In this document: positions 39,078-48,980 of the stretch, in pieces
Layout of the letters: each line of letters opens with the position of its first letter
How positions within the stretch are numbered: the first letter of the stretch is position 1
NCBI GenBank assembly: GCA_018238545.1
Contig: JABCTC010000006.1
Coordinates: 32,001-96,000, forward strand
Direction of reading: 5' to 3'
Origin: Candidatus Heimdallarchaeota archaeon
GTDB lineage: Archaea; Asgardarchaeota; Heimdallarchaeia; Heimdallarchaeales; Heimdallarchaeaceae
Length of the DNA: 64,000 nucleotides
Made by a program: the position numbers and the translations under genes
The notes under the pieces: generated by a model
What the model was told of the DNA's origin: nothing
The model's input: the letters and a program-made list of their open reading frames with translations, nothing else
Database searches by the model: none

Positions 39078-40040
39078 GTGAAAAAAATGGATTCGAATAA
39101 GACAAAATCAAAGAAAATCGATGGCAGATTGTTTGCGCAAGAGTATTTGAATAAAGTGTTAAAACCTCGTTGTGAAACATTTACTGAGATTTATAAAAAA
39201 CTACCAAAGTTATCAACCATTCTTGTTGGAGAGAGCCCTGCTTCAGAATCATATTTAAAGCTTAAAGAGAAATTTTTTGCCAAATTATGTGTCGAATCAG
39301 AAGTATTTCGTTTACCTGAAGAAACCACCGAAGAAGAACTTTTAGCATTTATCGATAAACAAAACCTTGATGATCAAATAGATGGAATATTGGTGCAAGT
39401 ACCTCTTCCTTCTCACATCGATGAAGATACAATCAGTGAAAGCATTGAACCAAGCAAGGACGTTGAAGGTCTATCTCCAAGTAATGTACATGCTTGGGCT
39501 AAAGCTTTACCTAACTTAGTTCCAGCAACAGCATTAGGCGTTTTAGCTCTACTAAAATTCTATAAAATTCCAATTGAAGGTAAGCACGCTGTTGTTATTG
39601 GAAGAAGCATGATTGTAGGCAAACCTGTTACACATCTTTTACTTAAGGAAAATGCTACAGTTACAGTGTGTCATTCAAGATCAAAACCTCTTGAAGAGTT
39701 TACAAAACAAGCAGATATACTCATTGCTGCAGTAGGATACCCTCATTTAATTAAGAAAGGAATGGTAAAGGATGGAGCCGTTGTAGTAGATGTAGGGATA
39801 AATTTTGAAGATGGCAAAATGATAGGTGATGTAGATCATGATGATCTTTTAGAAACAGCAAGCTATATCTCTCCAGTTCCTGGGGGTAGTGGTCCAGCAA
39901 CAGTATGTATGTTAGCTAGCAATCTATTACTTGCATATGAACTAAAACAGGTTAAGAAAAATGAAGAGAGACTAGAATGTTTAAGGGATTATTATGCAAA
40001 TTATGACACAATAGGCGAGATAGGTTTTTGCATGGAGTAG
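39078..40040 (+). CDS. folD: Methylenetetrahydrofolate dehydrogenase/cyclohydrolase
   Basis: YxxxK, GILVQVPLP, KDVEG, GRSMIVGKP, NATVTVCHS, SPVPGG. Confidence 0.93.
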   Translation: MKKMDSNKTKSKKIDGRLFAQEYLNKVLKPRCETFTEIYKKLPKLSTILVGESPASESYLKLKEKFFAKLCVESEVFRLPEETTEEELLAFIDKQNLDDQIDGILVQVPLPSHIDEDTISESIEPSKDVEGLSPSNVHAWAKALPNLVPATALGVLALLKFYKIPIEGKHAVVIGRSMIVGKPVTHLLLKENATVTVCHSRSKPLEEFTKQADILIAAVGYPHLIKKGMVKDGAVVVDVGINFEDGKMIGDVDHDDLLETASYISPVPGGSGPATVCMLASNLLLAYELKQVKKNEERLECLRDYYANYDTIGEIGFCME

Positions 40041-40113
40041 TAAACAGATTCCATCACTATTTATCCTTTTTCAGAGAAAAAAATTAATAGTTATAATAAT
40101 ATATAGTAAAACA

Positions 40114-40461
40114 ATGAGCGAAATAACCGAATCAAACTCCTTTGAGATTGAAGAAAGGAAATTTGGGTCAACTTTGACTTCTTTTGAAAATGCAATAGCT
40201 TTGTACATTTACGAGGAAACTCCACGAATAGGAACTTTTGGTGTTTCGGTTCCCGGTACTTCCATAATGCCTGCTTCAACACTTTACATAACTGGAGCAA
40301 AGAATGAACATTATGCAAAAATGATGGGTGAGAGATTAGCTACAAAACTTCAAAAATTGGTTCTAATCTCATTGAGTGTGAAAGATATTGATAATAAATT
40401 AATCGTAGAACTTATGCATAAAATTGAAACAACTTTTTTTGACAATAAAAATAAAAATTGA
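40114..40461 (+). CDS. Proteasome assembly chaperone 4 (PAC4)/LpdD-like small protein
   Basis: 115 aa with IGTFGVSVP...ASTL...AKMMGERLATKLQKLVLISLS, resembling the PAC4 fold signature. Confidence 0.55.
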   Translation: MSEITESNSFEIEERKFGSTLTSFENAIALYIYEETPRIGTFGVSVPGTSIMPASTLYITGAKNEHYAKMMGERLATKLQKLVLISLSVKDIDNKLIVELMHKIETTFFDNKNKN

Positions 40462-40510
40462 ATATTTGATTAAATTAAAAAAGAGGGAAAGGAGGGTAGT
40501 AATTTGATGA

Positions 40511-41839
40511 TTATTTCAAAATTGATAACCCTGGATAAAGTGGGAACTGCTTTGTAAGTTCAAGAATGGTCTCTCTGACTTTTTCACTTATTTCTGCGTC
40601 TCCCTTTGATTTAATGACCTTTGATATGCCTTCAGCGATTACTTTCATTTCTGATTCTTTCATTCCTCTTGAAGTTATAGCAGGTGTTCCTAGTCTAAGT
40701 CCTGATGGGTGGAAGGGACTCGAGGGTTCATATGGGACTGTGTTTTTGTTAACTGTTATGCCTGCTTCATCCAAAGCATTTTGAATTGGTCCACCTTTTC
40801 CAATCAAATCTTCAGGACGTAAATCAATGAGAATCAGATGGTTGTCAGTTCCATTTGTAACTAGTTTTGTATCAAGAGCCATTAATTCATCAGCCAAAGC
40901 CTTGGCATTCTTGACAATTTGTTTTGCATAATCCTTAAACTCGGGTTTAAGAGCTTCAGCAAATGCAACAGCTCTTGCAGCTGTAGAATGGTCATGTGGT
41001 CCCCCTTGTAATCCAGGAAATACCGCAGAATCTATTAATCTTGCTAAGCTAAATGGCTCTCCAGCTTTTGTTTTTTTCTCAGGATGATGAATCTCATGTA
41101 ACCTATCTTCCATTTTACTCATAATAATTGCACCACGGGGTCCTCTAAGACTTTTATGGGTTGTAGTTGTTACAACATCAGCATAAGGAACAGGGCTTTC
41201 ATGTGCTCCACCTACAACCAGACCAGAAATGTGCGAAATGTCTGCAAGTTGATAAGCATCGACTTCTTCTGCTATTTCTTGAAATGCTTTGAAATCTATT
41301 TTTCTAGGATATGCTGTTAAACCAGATATGATCATCTCTGGCTTTTCCTTCTTAGCTAACTCATGAATAACAGCCATATCTAACATTTCTGTCTCTTTAT
41401 CAACATCATAGCTAACACAAGCATAATTTTTACCTGAGAAGTTTACATGACTTCCATGGGTAAGATGACCCCCCGATGTAAGACTGAAACCTAGAAATTT
41501 ATCTTGAAGGCTGAGCAAAGCAAAGAAAACTGCTTGATTCGCTGGGGAACCTGAATAGGGTTGAACATTAACATGCTCACAACCAAAGAGTTTCTTGGCG
41601 CGTTCTATAGCTAATATTTCAACTTCATCAACAATTTCATTTCCACCATAATATCTTTTCTTCGGGTAACCTTCAGAGTATTTATTTGTTAAAACACTGC
41701 CCATGGCTTGAAGAACAGATCGATATGTATAATTTTCAGAAGGAATAAGTTCAATACCTTCTTCTTGACGCTTTAATTCCCTCAGAAGCATATCAGCAAC
41801 TTCTGGGTCGGAATTGGCTAAATCATTCATTAGATTCAT
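40511..41839 (-). CDS. glyA: Serine hydroxymethyltransferase (bacterial/THF type)
   Basis: ELIPSEN, LTNKYSEGYP.KRYYGG, GGHLTHG, TTTTHKSLRGPRG with the PLP Lys. Confidence 0.97.
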   Translation of the reverse strand: MNLMNDLANSDPEVADMLLRELKRQEEGIELIPSENYTYRSVLQAMGSVLTNKYSEGYPKKRYYGGNEIVDEVEILAIERAKKLFGCEHVNVQPYSGSPANQAVFFALLSLQDKFLGFSLTSGGHLTHGSHVNFSGKNYACVSYDVDKETEMLDMAVIHELAKKEKPEMIISGLTAYPRKIDFKAFQEIAEEVDAYQLADISHISGLVVGGAHESPVPYADVVTTTTHKSLRGPRGAIIMSKMEDRLHEIHHPEKKTKAGEPFSLARLIDSAVFPGLQGGPHDHSTAARAVAFAEALKPEFKDYAKQIVKNAKALADELMALDTKLVTNGTDNHLILIDLRPEDLIGKGGPIQNALDEAGITVNKNTVPYEPSSPFHPSGLRLGTPAITSRGMKESEMKVIAEGISKVIKSKGDAEISEKVRETILELTKQFPLYPGLSILK

Positions 41840-41917
41840 ATGTAATCCTCAAAAGAATACAAATTGATTTCTTTAAATATTTTTTCAAATACACCATTAC
41901 GCAAAACAATGATCTGC

Positions 41918-41959
41918 AAAATCTTACCACATAAATTATTTAATGTGTGGTAAGATTTT
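41918..41959. repeat. Perfect 14-bp inverted repeat between the ubiD-like gene and glyA
   Basis: AAAATCTTACCACA, 14-nt spacer, TGTGGTAAGATTTT. Confidence 0.85.
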
Positions 41960-42025
41960 TGTTATCCTTTTCTCGTTTTTAAAAAAAAGGAAATGCTATG
42001 AAATAACAATAAGATTTAGGGAAAA

Positions 42026-43324
42026 TCAGTGATCAAAAGGCATGACTCTTTCGTATCCATTTTTATCTTTCTTCTTTGTTGCATCAATTATTATCTTGAT
42101 TGAAGTGTTATCATCTCTATTCCGTGAAGGATCAAGAGAAGACCCCCTCATTTTTTCAAGCAAGGTGATATCGTTGGTTCCTGCTCTAGTAACCCTTGCC
42201 CATTCAACAGCTGTACTATTGTGTATGTCTATGTCTTTATCCACAACTGTACACCATTTTAATGAGGGGTGTGCTTCAAAAGCTGTCAAACCTACCTCTC
42301 TAGCATCCCCATCATTTTTAGTTGATACAGAGATAACACAATTTAACCATCCACATCCACTGGGTGTTAAAGAAACTCCATGTACTTTAGAAACAATTTT
42401 ACTTACTTTGTTATGGATTTCTGCTTCCCTTGGAAAACCCATAAGGATGAAATGTTCTTCATATGCAGGTAAAATAGTCTGAAAGATTGGTTCATCACGA
42501 TACAACATGTCCTCAAATTGAACTATCGGCTGAATTCGGATATCATCATAGGTGCCAGTAATGTCAACAAAAGGTCCTTCTCTCATCTCTTCGTTTGCAA
42601 GGATTTTCCCTTCTAAAATAAATTCAACATCAGAGGGAACAGCAATGTTATGACGGGGTGTTTTAATTGTTGAAAGTTTACCTCTCATCAGTGAGTTAGC
42701 TACAGCTAGTTCTGATTGCTTTAGAGGAGTAGGAGAAGAAGCTGCTAAAGCTAGAATAGGATGATAACCATTTACAACAGCAATTGGTGTATCTAAACCA
42801 TTCTTCTTATTTTCTTGAAAGATTTTATTTAAATCCCTGGGAACAATTCGTATAGTTCCTCTCTGATCATCAAGGATCATAATCCGATGAATACTCATGT
42901 TGGGAGTGTCAGTTCCAGGAAATTTAGCGAAAACGATACATGATGAAAGGTATCTGCCCCCATCGCCAGGAAAGAATTTCGGGATAGGTAGATGTGAGAA
43001 ATTTACTCGTTTTTTGTTAGAAAAAGTGAGACTAGTCTCAGTTTTGGATGGTTTTGTAGGATTGAGAAGTGCTTGCTGAAAGAAATTATAGTAGTTCTCC
43101 TTTTTGTTTAAAACGAGTTTAAGCTGTTCACGAGACGAAAGACTATTTCCTAATAGCGGAAAATGAGAACCTTCTACATTATAAAACATAACAGCTTTAT
43201 CCTTATTTGTTTGTAGATGTTCAGTAACGCCATATTCAAATTTAACTTCATCATGAACCTCAATTATTAAATTAGATTCCTTGAGTGTCTCCATGTAGTG
43301 TCTTAAACTCATAATTTGTAGCAT
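42026..43324 (-). CDS. UbiD-family prFMN-dependent decarboxylase (candidate anhydromevalonate-phosphate decarboxylase)
   Basis: DGGRY, NMSIHR, RIVPRDL, EGPFVDITGTYD, VDKDIDI, GSSLDPS; substrate is inferred. Confidence 0.85.
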   Translation of the reverse strand: MLQIMSLRHYMETLKESNLIIEVHDEVKFEYGVTEHLQTNKDKAVMFYNVEGSHFPLLGNSLSSREQLKLVLNKKENYYNFFQQALLNPTKPSKTETSLTFSNKKRVNFSHLPIPKFFPGDGGRYLSSCIVFAKFPGTDTPNMSIHRIMILDDQRGTIRIVPRDLNKIFQENKKNGLDTPIAVVNGYHPILALAASSPTPLKQSELAVANSLMRGKLSTIKTPRHNIAVPSDVEFILEGKILANEEMREGPFVDITGTYDDIRIQPIVQFEDMLYRDEPIFQTILPAYEEHFILMGFPREAEIHNKVSKIVSKVHGVSLTPSGCGWLNCVISVSTKNDGDAREVGLTAFEAHPSLKWCTVVDKDIDIHNSTAVEWARVTRAGTNDITLLEKMRGSSLDPSRNRDDNTSIKIIIDATKKKDKNGYERVMPFDH

Positions 43325-43404
43325 CCTCTGAATACAAAAGACATAAGATACAATGATTTAAATATCTTGTTAGAAAGAAATCGATAGAAAAATCAGTCTT
43401 CCTC

Positions 43405-43489
43405 GCGGGGATTGCCGAGTGGTCAAAGGCGCTAGATTCAGGTTCTAGTCTTTAGTAGTTCGGGAGTTCGACTCTCCCTCCCCGCACCA
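43405..43489 (+). tRNA. tRNA-Leu(CAG)
   Basis: Class II cloverleaf, anticodon arm CTAGA-TTCAGGT-TCTAG, encoded CCA. Confidence 0.97.
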
Positions 43490-43528
43490 AATTGATAATT
43501 AATTTTATCAATAACATAGGTGTAAGTT

Positions 43529-44023
43529 ATGAAAATAGGAATCATGAGTGATAGTCATGATCATCGATCAAATATAAGGAAAGCTCTGGATATTTTTGAA
43601 AAAAAGGAAATAGAAACAATTATCCATGCTGGAGATTTAGTTTCCCCATTTTGTGTAAAAATGTTTGAAGAATACAAAGGTAAATTCTATCTCTGTTCAG
43701 GGAACAATAAAGGTGATACAGCTGTCATATCTAAGATGATGAAAGAAGTAGGATTCTTTTATCTAGAAATAGGTGAATTCATTTTGGATGAGCAGAAATT
43801 TGCTCTCTATCATGGCACAGAAAAACTCGTACTTAATTCATTAATTTATTCAAAAGATCCTTATGACTATGTAATAACGGGACATACTCATAAGAAACTT
43901 CTAAGGAAAGTTGGGAAAACCCTTGTAATAAATCCCGGGGAAACTTATGATTTATTTGATCATCCAACAGTGGTAGTTCTTGATACAAAAACACGTAAAG
44001 TTGAGTTTCACTCACTAGATTAG
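43529..44023 (+). CDS. YfcE/MJ0936-family metallophosphoesterase
   Basis: SDSH, HAGD, GNN, YHG, GHTH, INPG motifs. Confidence 0.9.
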   Translation: MKIGIMSDSHDHRSNIRKALDIFEKKEIETIIHAGDLVSPFCVKMFEEYKGKFYLCSGNNKGDTAVISKMMKEVGFFYLEIGEFILDEQKFALYHGTEKLVLNSLIYSKDPYDYVITGHTHKKLLRKVGKTLVINPGETYDLFDHPTVVVLDTKTRKVEFHSLD

Positions 44024-44032
44024 GGGAAAGAA

Positions 44033-45220
44033 TTGACACACACTCATTCTAATTCTAATAAAAGTGTTATCCGGAAAGAGTTTAGAGAATATGTTGAAAC
44101 ACTCTTTGGCGATATTTTAGCTAAGGACTATTTTGAAAAAATATCTACACCAATGGAGGAATACACACTTCATATCTTTCAAAAATATGAGCTGATAGAG
44201 AGAATAGAAGATAATCTCAGACAGATTGGGTACGAAGCCAAAGTGCATAATGAATTTCCCAATATAATCATAACGAAACCAAAAGGACAATTTACTTTAG
44301 AATTTGAAGAAAATATGAAAGAAATGATAGTTGATAACCGTGCAGCAGAGATGATTTATCAAGGATCAGATATTTTCATTCCAGGAGTCAAAAGAGCAAA
44401 CAAAGTAAAAGTTAATGATATTGTTAAGGTAATTAATCAAGAAAAAAACCCTGTGGCAAAGGCTCAAGCTTTACTAAATCATCACGATATGCTTGTTAAA
44501 GGGAAAGGAGTTGCAGCAAGAAACCTATTATCTCCATTTAAGGTACCAAATCTTCAAGAAGTAGGATTAGATGATTTTCCTGCATACTTTCAAAGCTTAC
44601 CCGCTTATTTAACAAGCATAAATTTGGAACCAGAACCCAATGAGAAGATTCTTGATTGTTGTGCAGCCCCTGGTAATAAAACAATTCATCTTAATGAACT
44701 ATCAAAGAATAAGGCAACGATAATTGCAGTTGACAAATCAAAGAATAGAATGCAAAAACTGAACAAAAAAATAGCGAAGTACAGATTAAAAAACATTCAA
44801 ACCAAAGTAGGCGATATAGTAAAACTAAGTAAGAGTTGGAGTGTGAAATTTGATAAAATACTCATTGATCCCCCTTGTTCTTCCCTTGGATTAAGACCTC
44901 GTTTGGTTCACAATGTTGATGTTAAACTAATAAAATCAATAGCAAAGTATCAAAAAGCTATATTATTTGCCTGTGATAAATTGCTAAAAAATAACGGTAC
45001 AATTATTTATTCAACCTGTACAATTACAAAAGAAGAAAATGAAGAAATTATACACCATGCTACTGAAAATATGAATTATAGAGTTGTTAAACAAAATTTT
45101 GTTTTTTCAAAAACAAACATATCAATTGATAATTTCGTTTTTCCTGTTCAACGATTTACCCCTGGAATAGATCATACTTTGGGTTACTTCATAGCAAAAC
45201 TTCAAAAATTAAAGAGTTAA
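44033..45220 (+). CDS. PUA-domain RNA m5C methyltransferase (NSUN6-like)
   Basis: PUA segment GSDIFIPGV before LDCCAAPGNKT, DPPCS and YSTCT. Confidence 0.85.
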   Translation: MTHTHSNSNKSVIRKEFREYVETLFGDILAKDYFEKISTPMEEYTLHIFQKYELIERIEDNLRQIGYEAKVHNEFPNIIITKPKGQFTLEFEENMKEMIVDNRAAEMIYQGSDIFIPGVKRANKVKVNDIVKVINQEKNPVAKAQALLNHHDMLVKGKGVAARNLLSPFKVPNLQEVGLDDFPAYFQSLPAYLTSINLEPEPNEKILDCCAAPGNKTIHLNELSKNKATIIAVDKSKNRMQKLNKKIAKYRLKNIQTKVGDIVKLSKSWSVKFDKILIDPPCSSLGLRPRLVHNVDVKLIKSIAKYQKAILFACDKLLKNNGTIIYSTCTITKEENEEIIHHATENMNYRVVKQNFVFSKTNISIDNFVFPVQRFTPGIDHTLGYFIAKLQKLKS

Positions 45221-45267
45221 AACCGAACTTTTTTTAATGATTGTTTTTTCTTTTGAATTGATGCCTA

Positions 45268-46116
45268 TTGGTTTCTAAAGATTCTTGTATTCTGATAACG
45301 AGTTCAAGCCAGGAAAAAGTAAAAAAAATTGCTCTTTCAGCATATGATAGATTAAAAGAAAGAGGTTTCAATGTTTTTCTTGATTCTTTTCTTGCTGAAA
45401 GGGTGGTTGATATTGAACCAATTTGTTCAGAAATGACAGTTGAACTTATTTTGGTTTATGGAGGGGATGGAACCATATTAAAGACCTTCAAGAATTGGAA
45501 AAACATTCCGATTTTAGGTGTTAATTGTGGACGAGTTGGATTTCTTAGTGAAATAAAACCTGAAGAGTTAGATGAAGCATTAGACAGAATAGAACAAAAT
45601 GATTTTTTCACAGAATACTATTTTGCTTTGGCTGTTTCAACAGATGCTTTTTCAACAATCTCTGCTGCAAATGATGTTGTTGTTACTTCAGATAAAATAG
45701 GTCAAATTATCTCTCTTAAGGTTCAGGTGAATGATAAGTATCTATACTCAGTAAACGGAGATGGACTTGTTGTTTCTACATGTGTAGGATCTAGTGCATA
45801 CTCCCTTTCAGCTGGTGGGGCTTTAATAATGCCAAATGTTGAAGTTTTTAATCTAGTACCTATCTGTCCTTTTTCTAGACGAATTGTGCCCCTAGTTATT
45901 TCATCAGATGTTAAGCTCACTATAACAAATTTGAGCGATTATAGAGCGGGTCATGTAGTAGTTGATGGTGCAACTTATTACAGCCTTGGACATGGTGAAT
46001 CTATAACTGTTCAAAAATCAACTGACAAGATTGGCTTCTTAAGGTTTTCAGATAATTATGTAGAGCGTGTAAAAAACAAACTGCTAAAATACGATCCCGA
46101 TGATTTTAATGAGTAA
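45268..46116 (+). CDS. nadK: NAD kinase
   Basis: GGDGT, GVNCGRVGFL, ND, GDGLVVST..GSSAYSLSAGG. Confidence 0.92.
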   Translation: MVSKDSCILITSSSQEKVKKIALSAYDRLKERGFNVFLDSFLAERVVDIEPICSEMTVELILVYGGDGTILKTFKNWKNIPILGVNCGRVGFLSEIKPEELDEALDRIEQNDFFTEYYFALAVSTDAFSTISAANDVVVTSDKIGQIISLKVQVNDKYLYSVNGDGLVVSTCVGSSAYSLSAGGALIMPNVEVFNLVPICPFSRRIVPLVISSDVKLTITNLSDYRAGHVVVDGATYYSLGHGESITVQKSTDKIGFLRFSDNYVERVKNKLLKYDPDDFNE

Positions 46117-46633
46117 GGAAAAGCAAGAAAGAAGAACTTACATAATTGATTCTACTGCAATTATGCATTTTTTTCCAAACGATAAATTTGTAAATGAGGA
46201 TTCTTATCTTGTAATCCCTGACATTCTCAGATCTGAAATAAAATCTTTTCAAGCTAAAGCAGTATTAGAAGTAATGGCTGCTGATAAGCGTCTTACTTAT
46301 ACTTCACCTTCAGAACGTTCTCTAAACAAAGTAAAAGAAGAAGCTAAATCATCAGGAGACATTTCCTCCTTGTCGAAAGCAGATATTCATATTATTGCTA
46401 CTGCACTTGATTTCCCTGGGTCTCATGTTATAAGTGATGATAATGCCGTTCAGAATTTATGCTCTTTCCTGGGAATAAAAGTTGAAACATTTCTCTTTAA
46501 GATTAAAACTAGAAGAGTTTATTTCTGGAAGTGTATTGGTTGTAGTAGCTCATTCAAAGAAAAAATTGACGTGTGTCCTGAGTGCGGCAATAAATTAAAA
46601 CGATTTTATAAGAAAAAGAAAATCAAAGGTTAA
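46100..46633 (+). CDS. nob1: Nob1 endonuclease (PIN domain plus Zn ribbon)
   Basis: IIDSTA, SGD..SLSKAD, SDDNAVQN, CIGC...CPECG; probable start 46109. Confidence 0.88.
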   Translation: MILMSKEKQERRTYIIDSTAIMHFFPNDKFVNEDSYLVIPDILRSEIKSFQAKAVLEVMAADKRLTYTSPSERSLNKVKEEAKSSGDISSLSKADIHIIATALDFPGSHVISDDNAVQNLCSFLGIKVETFLFKIKTRRVYFWKCIGCSSSFKEKIDVCPECGNKLKRFYKKKKIKG

Positions 46634-46653
46634 TATCTTGAAGATTAGTATCT

Positions 46654-47766
46654 CTACAGGATAGATTCTAATATTTCAACAATTGCCATAATAAACTTAT
46701 CATTAATCTCTGAATTTCCTAGAGTTACCAAAAAAGATTTTTCGCTATCTTTGAATGGTGGATATTTCTCGAATGTTTGAATAATTATACCCTTACTACA
46801 TAGTTGTTCATATAATTCCTTAATGTTTTTCTTAAATTGAATTAGGAGAAAGTTTGTATCGCTTCTATGAACTTTAAGTCCATTCAACATACGAAGATGT
46901 TCTATAACTCTTTTACGTTCGGTAATGAAATTATTAATTAATTCAACAAACCTGTAGGGTGCTTGAAGTATATAATTTGTTGCTAAAAGATGAATTGGTG
47001 GAATTTCTTCTATAATATAATTCTCCTTTAAAACATCAATATTAATTGCATTTGAAACCAGAAAGGCAGAAGAAAATGCTCCTAACCCCCAAGCTTTTGA
47101 AAAAGATCTAACAACAGTTAAATTATCGAAATTTTGCACTTGATTTACTAATGAATATTTACCAAATTCAACATAGGATTCATCTACAATTATAGGAATC
47201 TCTGTTTCCCTAGCCAATGTCAGAACATCTTCTTCCTTCAGCTGATTTGCAGTTGGATAATGGGGAGAAGAGAACACCATTGCTTTTGAATCTTCGTTTT
47301 TTATTTGTTCCAAGATGAGATTGATATCAAGTTCATAATTTGATGTTAATTCTGCCGTAAAAATGTTCAATTGTTGATTTTTGGCAATTTGGTAATAGAT
47401 GTCCTTATCTGGAACAATTAAAGAAATAGCGTCATTAGGTTTTGTGGCAACTCTAACAGCTCTTTGAATTAATTGGTTATGTGTTAAACCCGGATAAATA
47501 GAAGAGATTTCAGCACTCACAAATCTAGATATTTCTTCAATTAGAGAAAAATAGTCGAGTGGATACTGTTTTCGTGGATCTATTGATTGAATCTCTTTAA
47601 TTATAATTTTTTGAATTAAATTAGGTGGTATGAATAAATTATCACCCATACTTAAATCAATTATCTGATCTAGTGAAAGATTATATTTCTCTGCAACTTC
47701 TTGACGAGTTAATAACCGATCTAGAGCATATTTTATTTCTGAGATTCTATTAGACAGATGATTCAC
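46654..47766 (-). CDS. Divergent HisC-like class I/II PLP-dependent aminotransferase homologue
   Basis: IVDESYVEF, RSFSKAWGL with the PLP Lys, SDTNF; several other conserved residues are substituted. Confidence 0.75.
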   Translation of the reverse strand: MNHLSNRISEIKYALDRLLTRQEVAEKYNLSLDQIIDLSMGDNLFIPPNLIQKIIIKEIQSIDPRKQYPLDYFSLIEEISRFVSAEISSIYPGLTHNQLIQRAVRVATKPNDAISLIVPDKDIYYQIAKNQQLNIFTAELTSNYELDINLILEQIKNEDSKAMVFSSPHYPTANQLKEEDVLTLARETEIPIIVDESYVEFGKYSLVNQVQNFDNLTVVRSFSKAWGLGAFSSAFLVSNAINIDVLKENYIIEEIPPIHLLATNYILQAPYRFVELINNFITERKRVIEHLRMLNGLKVHRSDTNFLLIQFKKNIKELYEQLCSKGIIIQTFEKYPPFKDSEKSFLVTLGNSEINDKFIMAIVEILESIL

Positions 47767-47964
47767 CCACTTAAGATGGAATTAATACTGTATCAAGCTT
47801 AAATTAAAAAAACCTATTGGTTAGATGAACGTCCACATAAAATCTGTCATTTTCTACTTCTTTTGAAATATAGTTACACAAAAAACAAATAAAGGGTCAA
47901 CACTAAAGAGACACACTGAAAATGTATTAGAGAAAATAAACCTCTGTTATTAAAGGTGGAATAA

Positions 47965-48855
47965 ATGGTTCACAAATTTACTGTTGAGTTTCCGGAAAGA
48001 ATATGGAATGCAATCAAAGATAAGAAGGGACAAGGCTCAATTAAGGATTTCCTAATCAAACTTATCGAAAAGGAATTTGAGCTTAGAAAAATCAAAGCCT
48101 TCATTCTAGCAGGAGGGGAAGGGGCAAGATTAAAACCTTTGACAGAGGCAATTCCAAAAGCAATGATCCCTGTTGGATACAAACCTCTTCTCGAGTATAA
48201 CTTGGAGTTAATATCAAATAGCGGGATAACTGATGTTGTTCTTTTAATTGGAAAATTGGGAGATAGAATAATGAAACATTTTGGGCAAAATTGGAATGGA
48301 CTAGATATAAGTTATGTAAGTGAATCTACCATGTTGGATACTGCTGGTGCAATCCACAACGCAAAAAATTTAGTTTCAGGAACTTTTCTTGTTATGAATT
48401 CTGATATTCTTACAGATATCAATTTATCACATATTATTGATTTCCACAAGAATCAAAGAAAAGAAAAAATTGCCACTATATGTGGAGTGGGCGTGAGCGA
48501 TTATTATCAATTGATGGGAAAGACTAGTGATAAGGGAATCTTTGCAGATTATGGTGTATTCTACATGGATGACCAAATAAATAATAGAATCACCAAATTT
48601 GAGGAATCCCCAACTAAAGCCCAGCAAAGTGGCTATATTAATACAGGAATATATGTTTTTGAACCTGATATAATGGATTATTTGGTTGATTCTGAAGGTA
48701 AATCCATTTCAAGCGATATTCTTCCCGCTCTAATTAAAGATGAAAAATTACAGGGATATATATGCCCAAAAAACGTTTTCTGGATTGATGTAGCCCATCC
48801 AGTTCGTTGGAGTAAAGCTTGGGACGTTCTATTTTCTGGTGCATTGGAAGTTTAA
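47965..48855 (+). CDS. Sugar-phosphate nucleotidyltransferase with an N-terminal ribbon-helix-helix-like extension
   Basis: ILAGGEGARLKPLT..IPKAM, DTAGAI, VMNSDI, INTGIYVF; N-terminal KFTVEFPERIWNAIK...SIKDFLIKLIEKE. Confidence 0.85.
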   Translation: MVHKFTVEFPERIWNAIKDKKGQGSIKDFLIKLIEKEFELRKIKAFILAGGEGARLKPLTEAIPKAMIPVGYKPLLEYNLELISNSGITDVVLLIGKLGDRIMKHFGQNWNGLDISYVSESTMLDTAGAIHNAKNLVSGTFLVMNSDILTDINLSHIIDFHKNQRKEKIATICGVGVSDYYQLMGKTSDKGIFADYGVFYMDDQINNRITKFEESPTKAQQSGYINTGIYVFEPDIMDYLVDSEGKSISSDILPALIKDEKLQGYICPKNVFWIDVAHPVRWSKAWDVLFSGALEV

Positions 48856-48980
48856 CTCGAACATATTAGCATCTTGTTATTAACTATATTTTTAGTATCT
48901 GAAAAATTATTCTCAAAAGTAAAAATCTTTAATAATTTGGGTATTGAAACAGCACCAAGTAGATATACTGGTGACAATTA

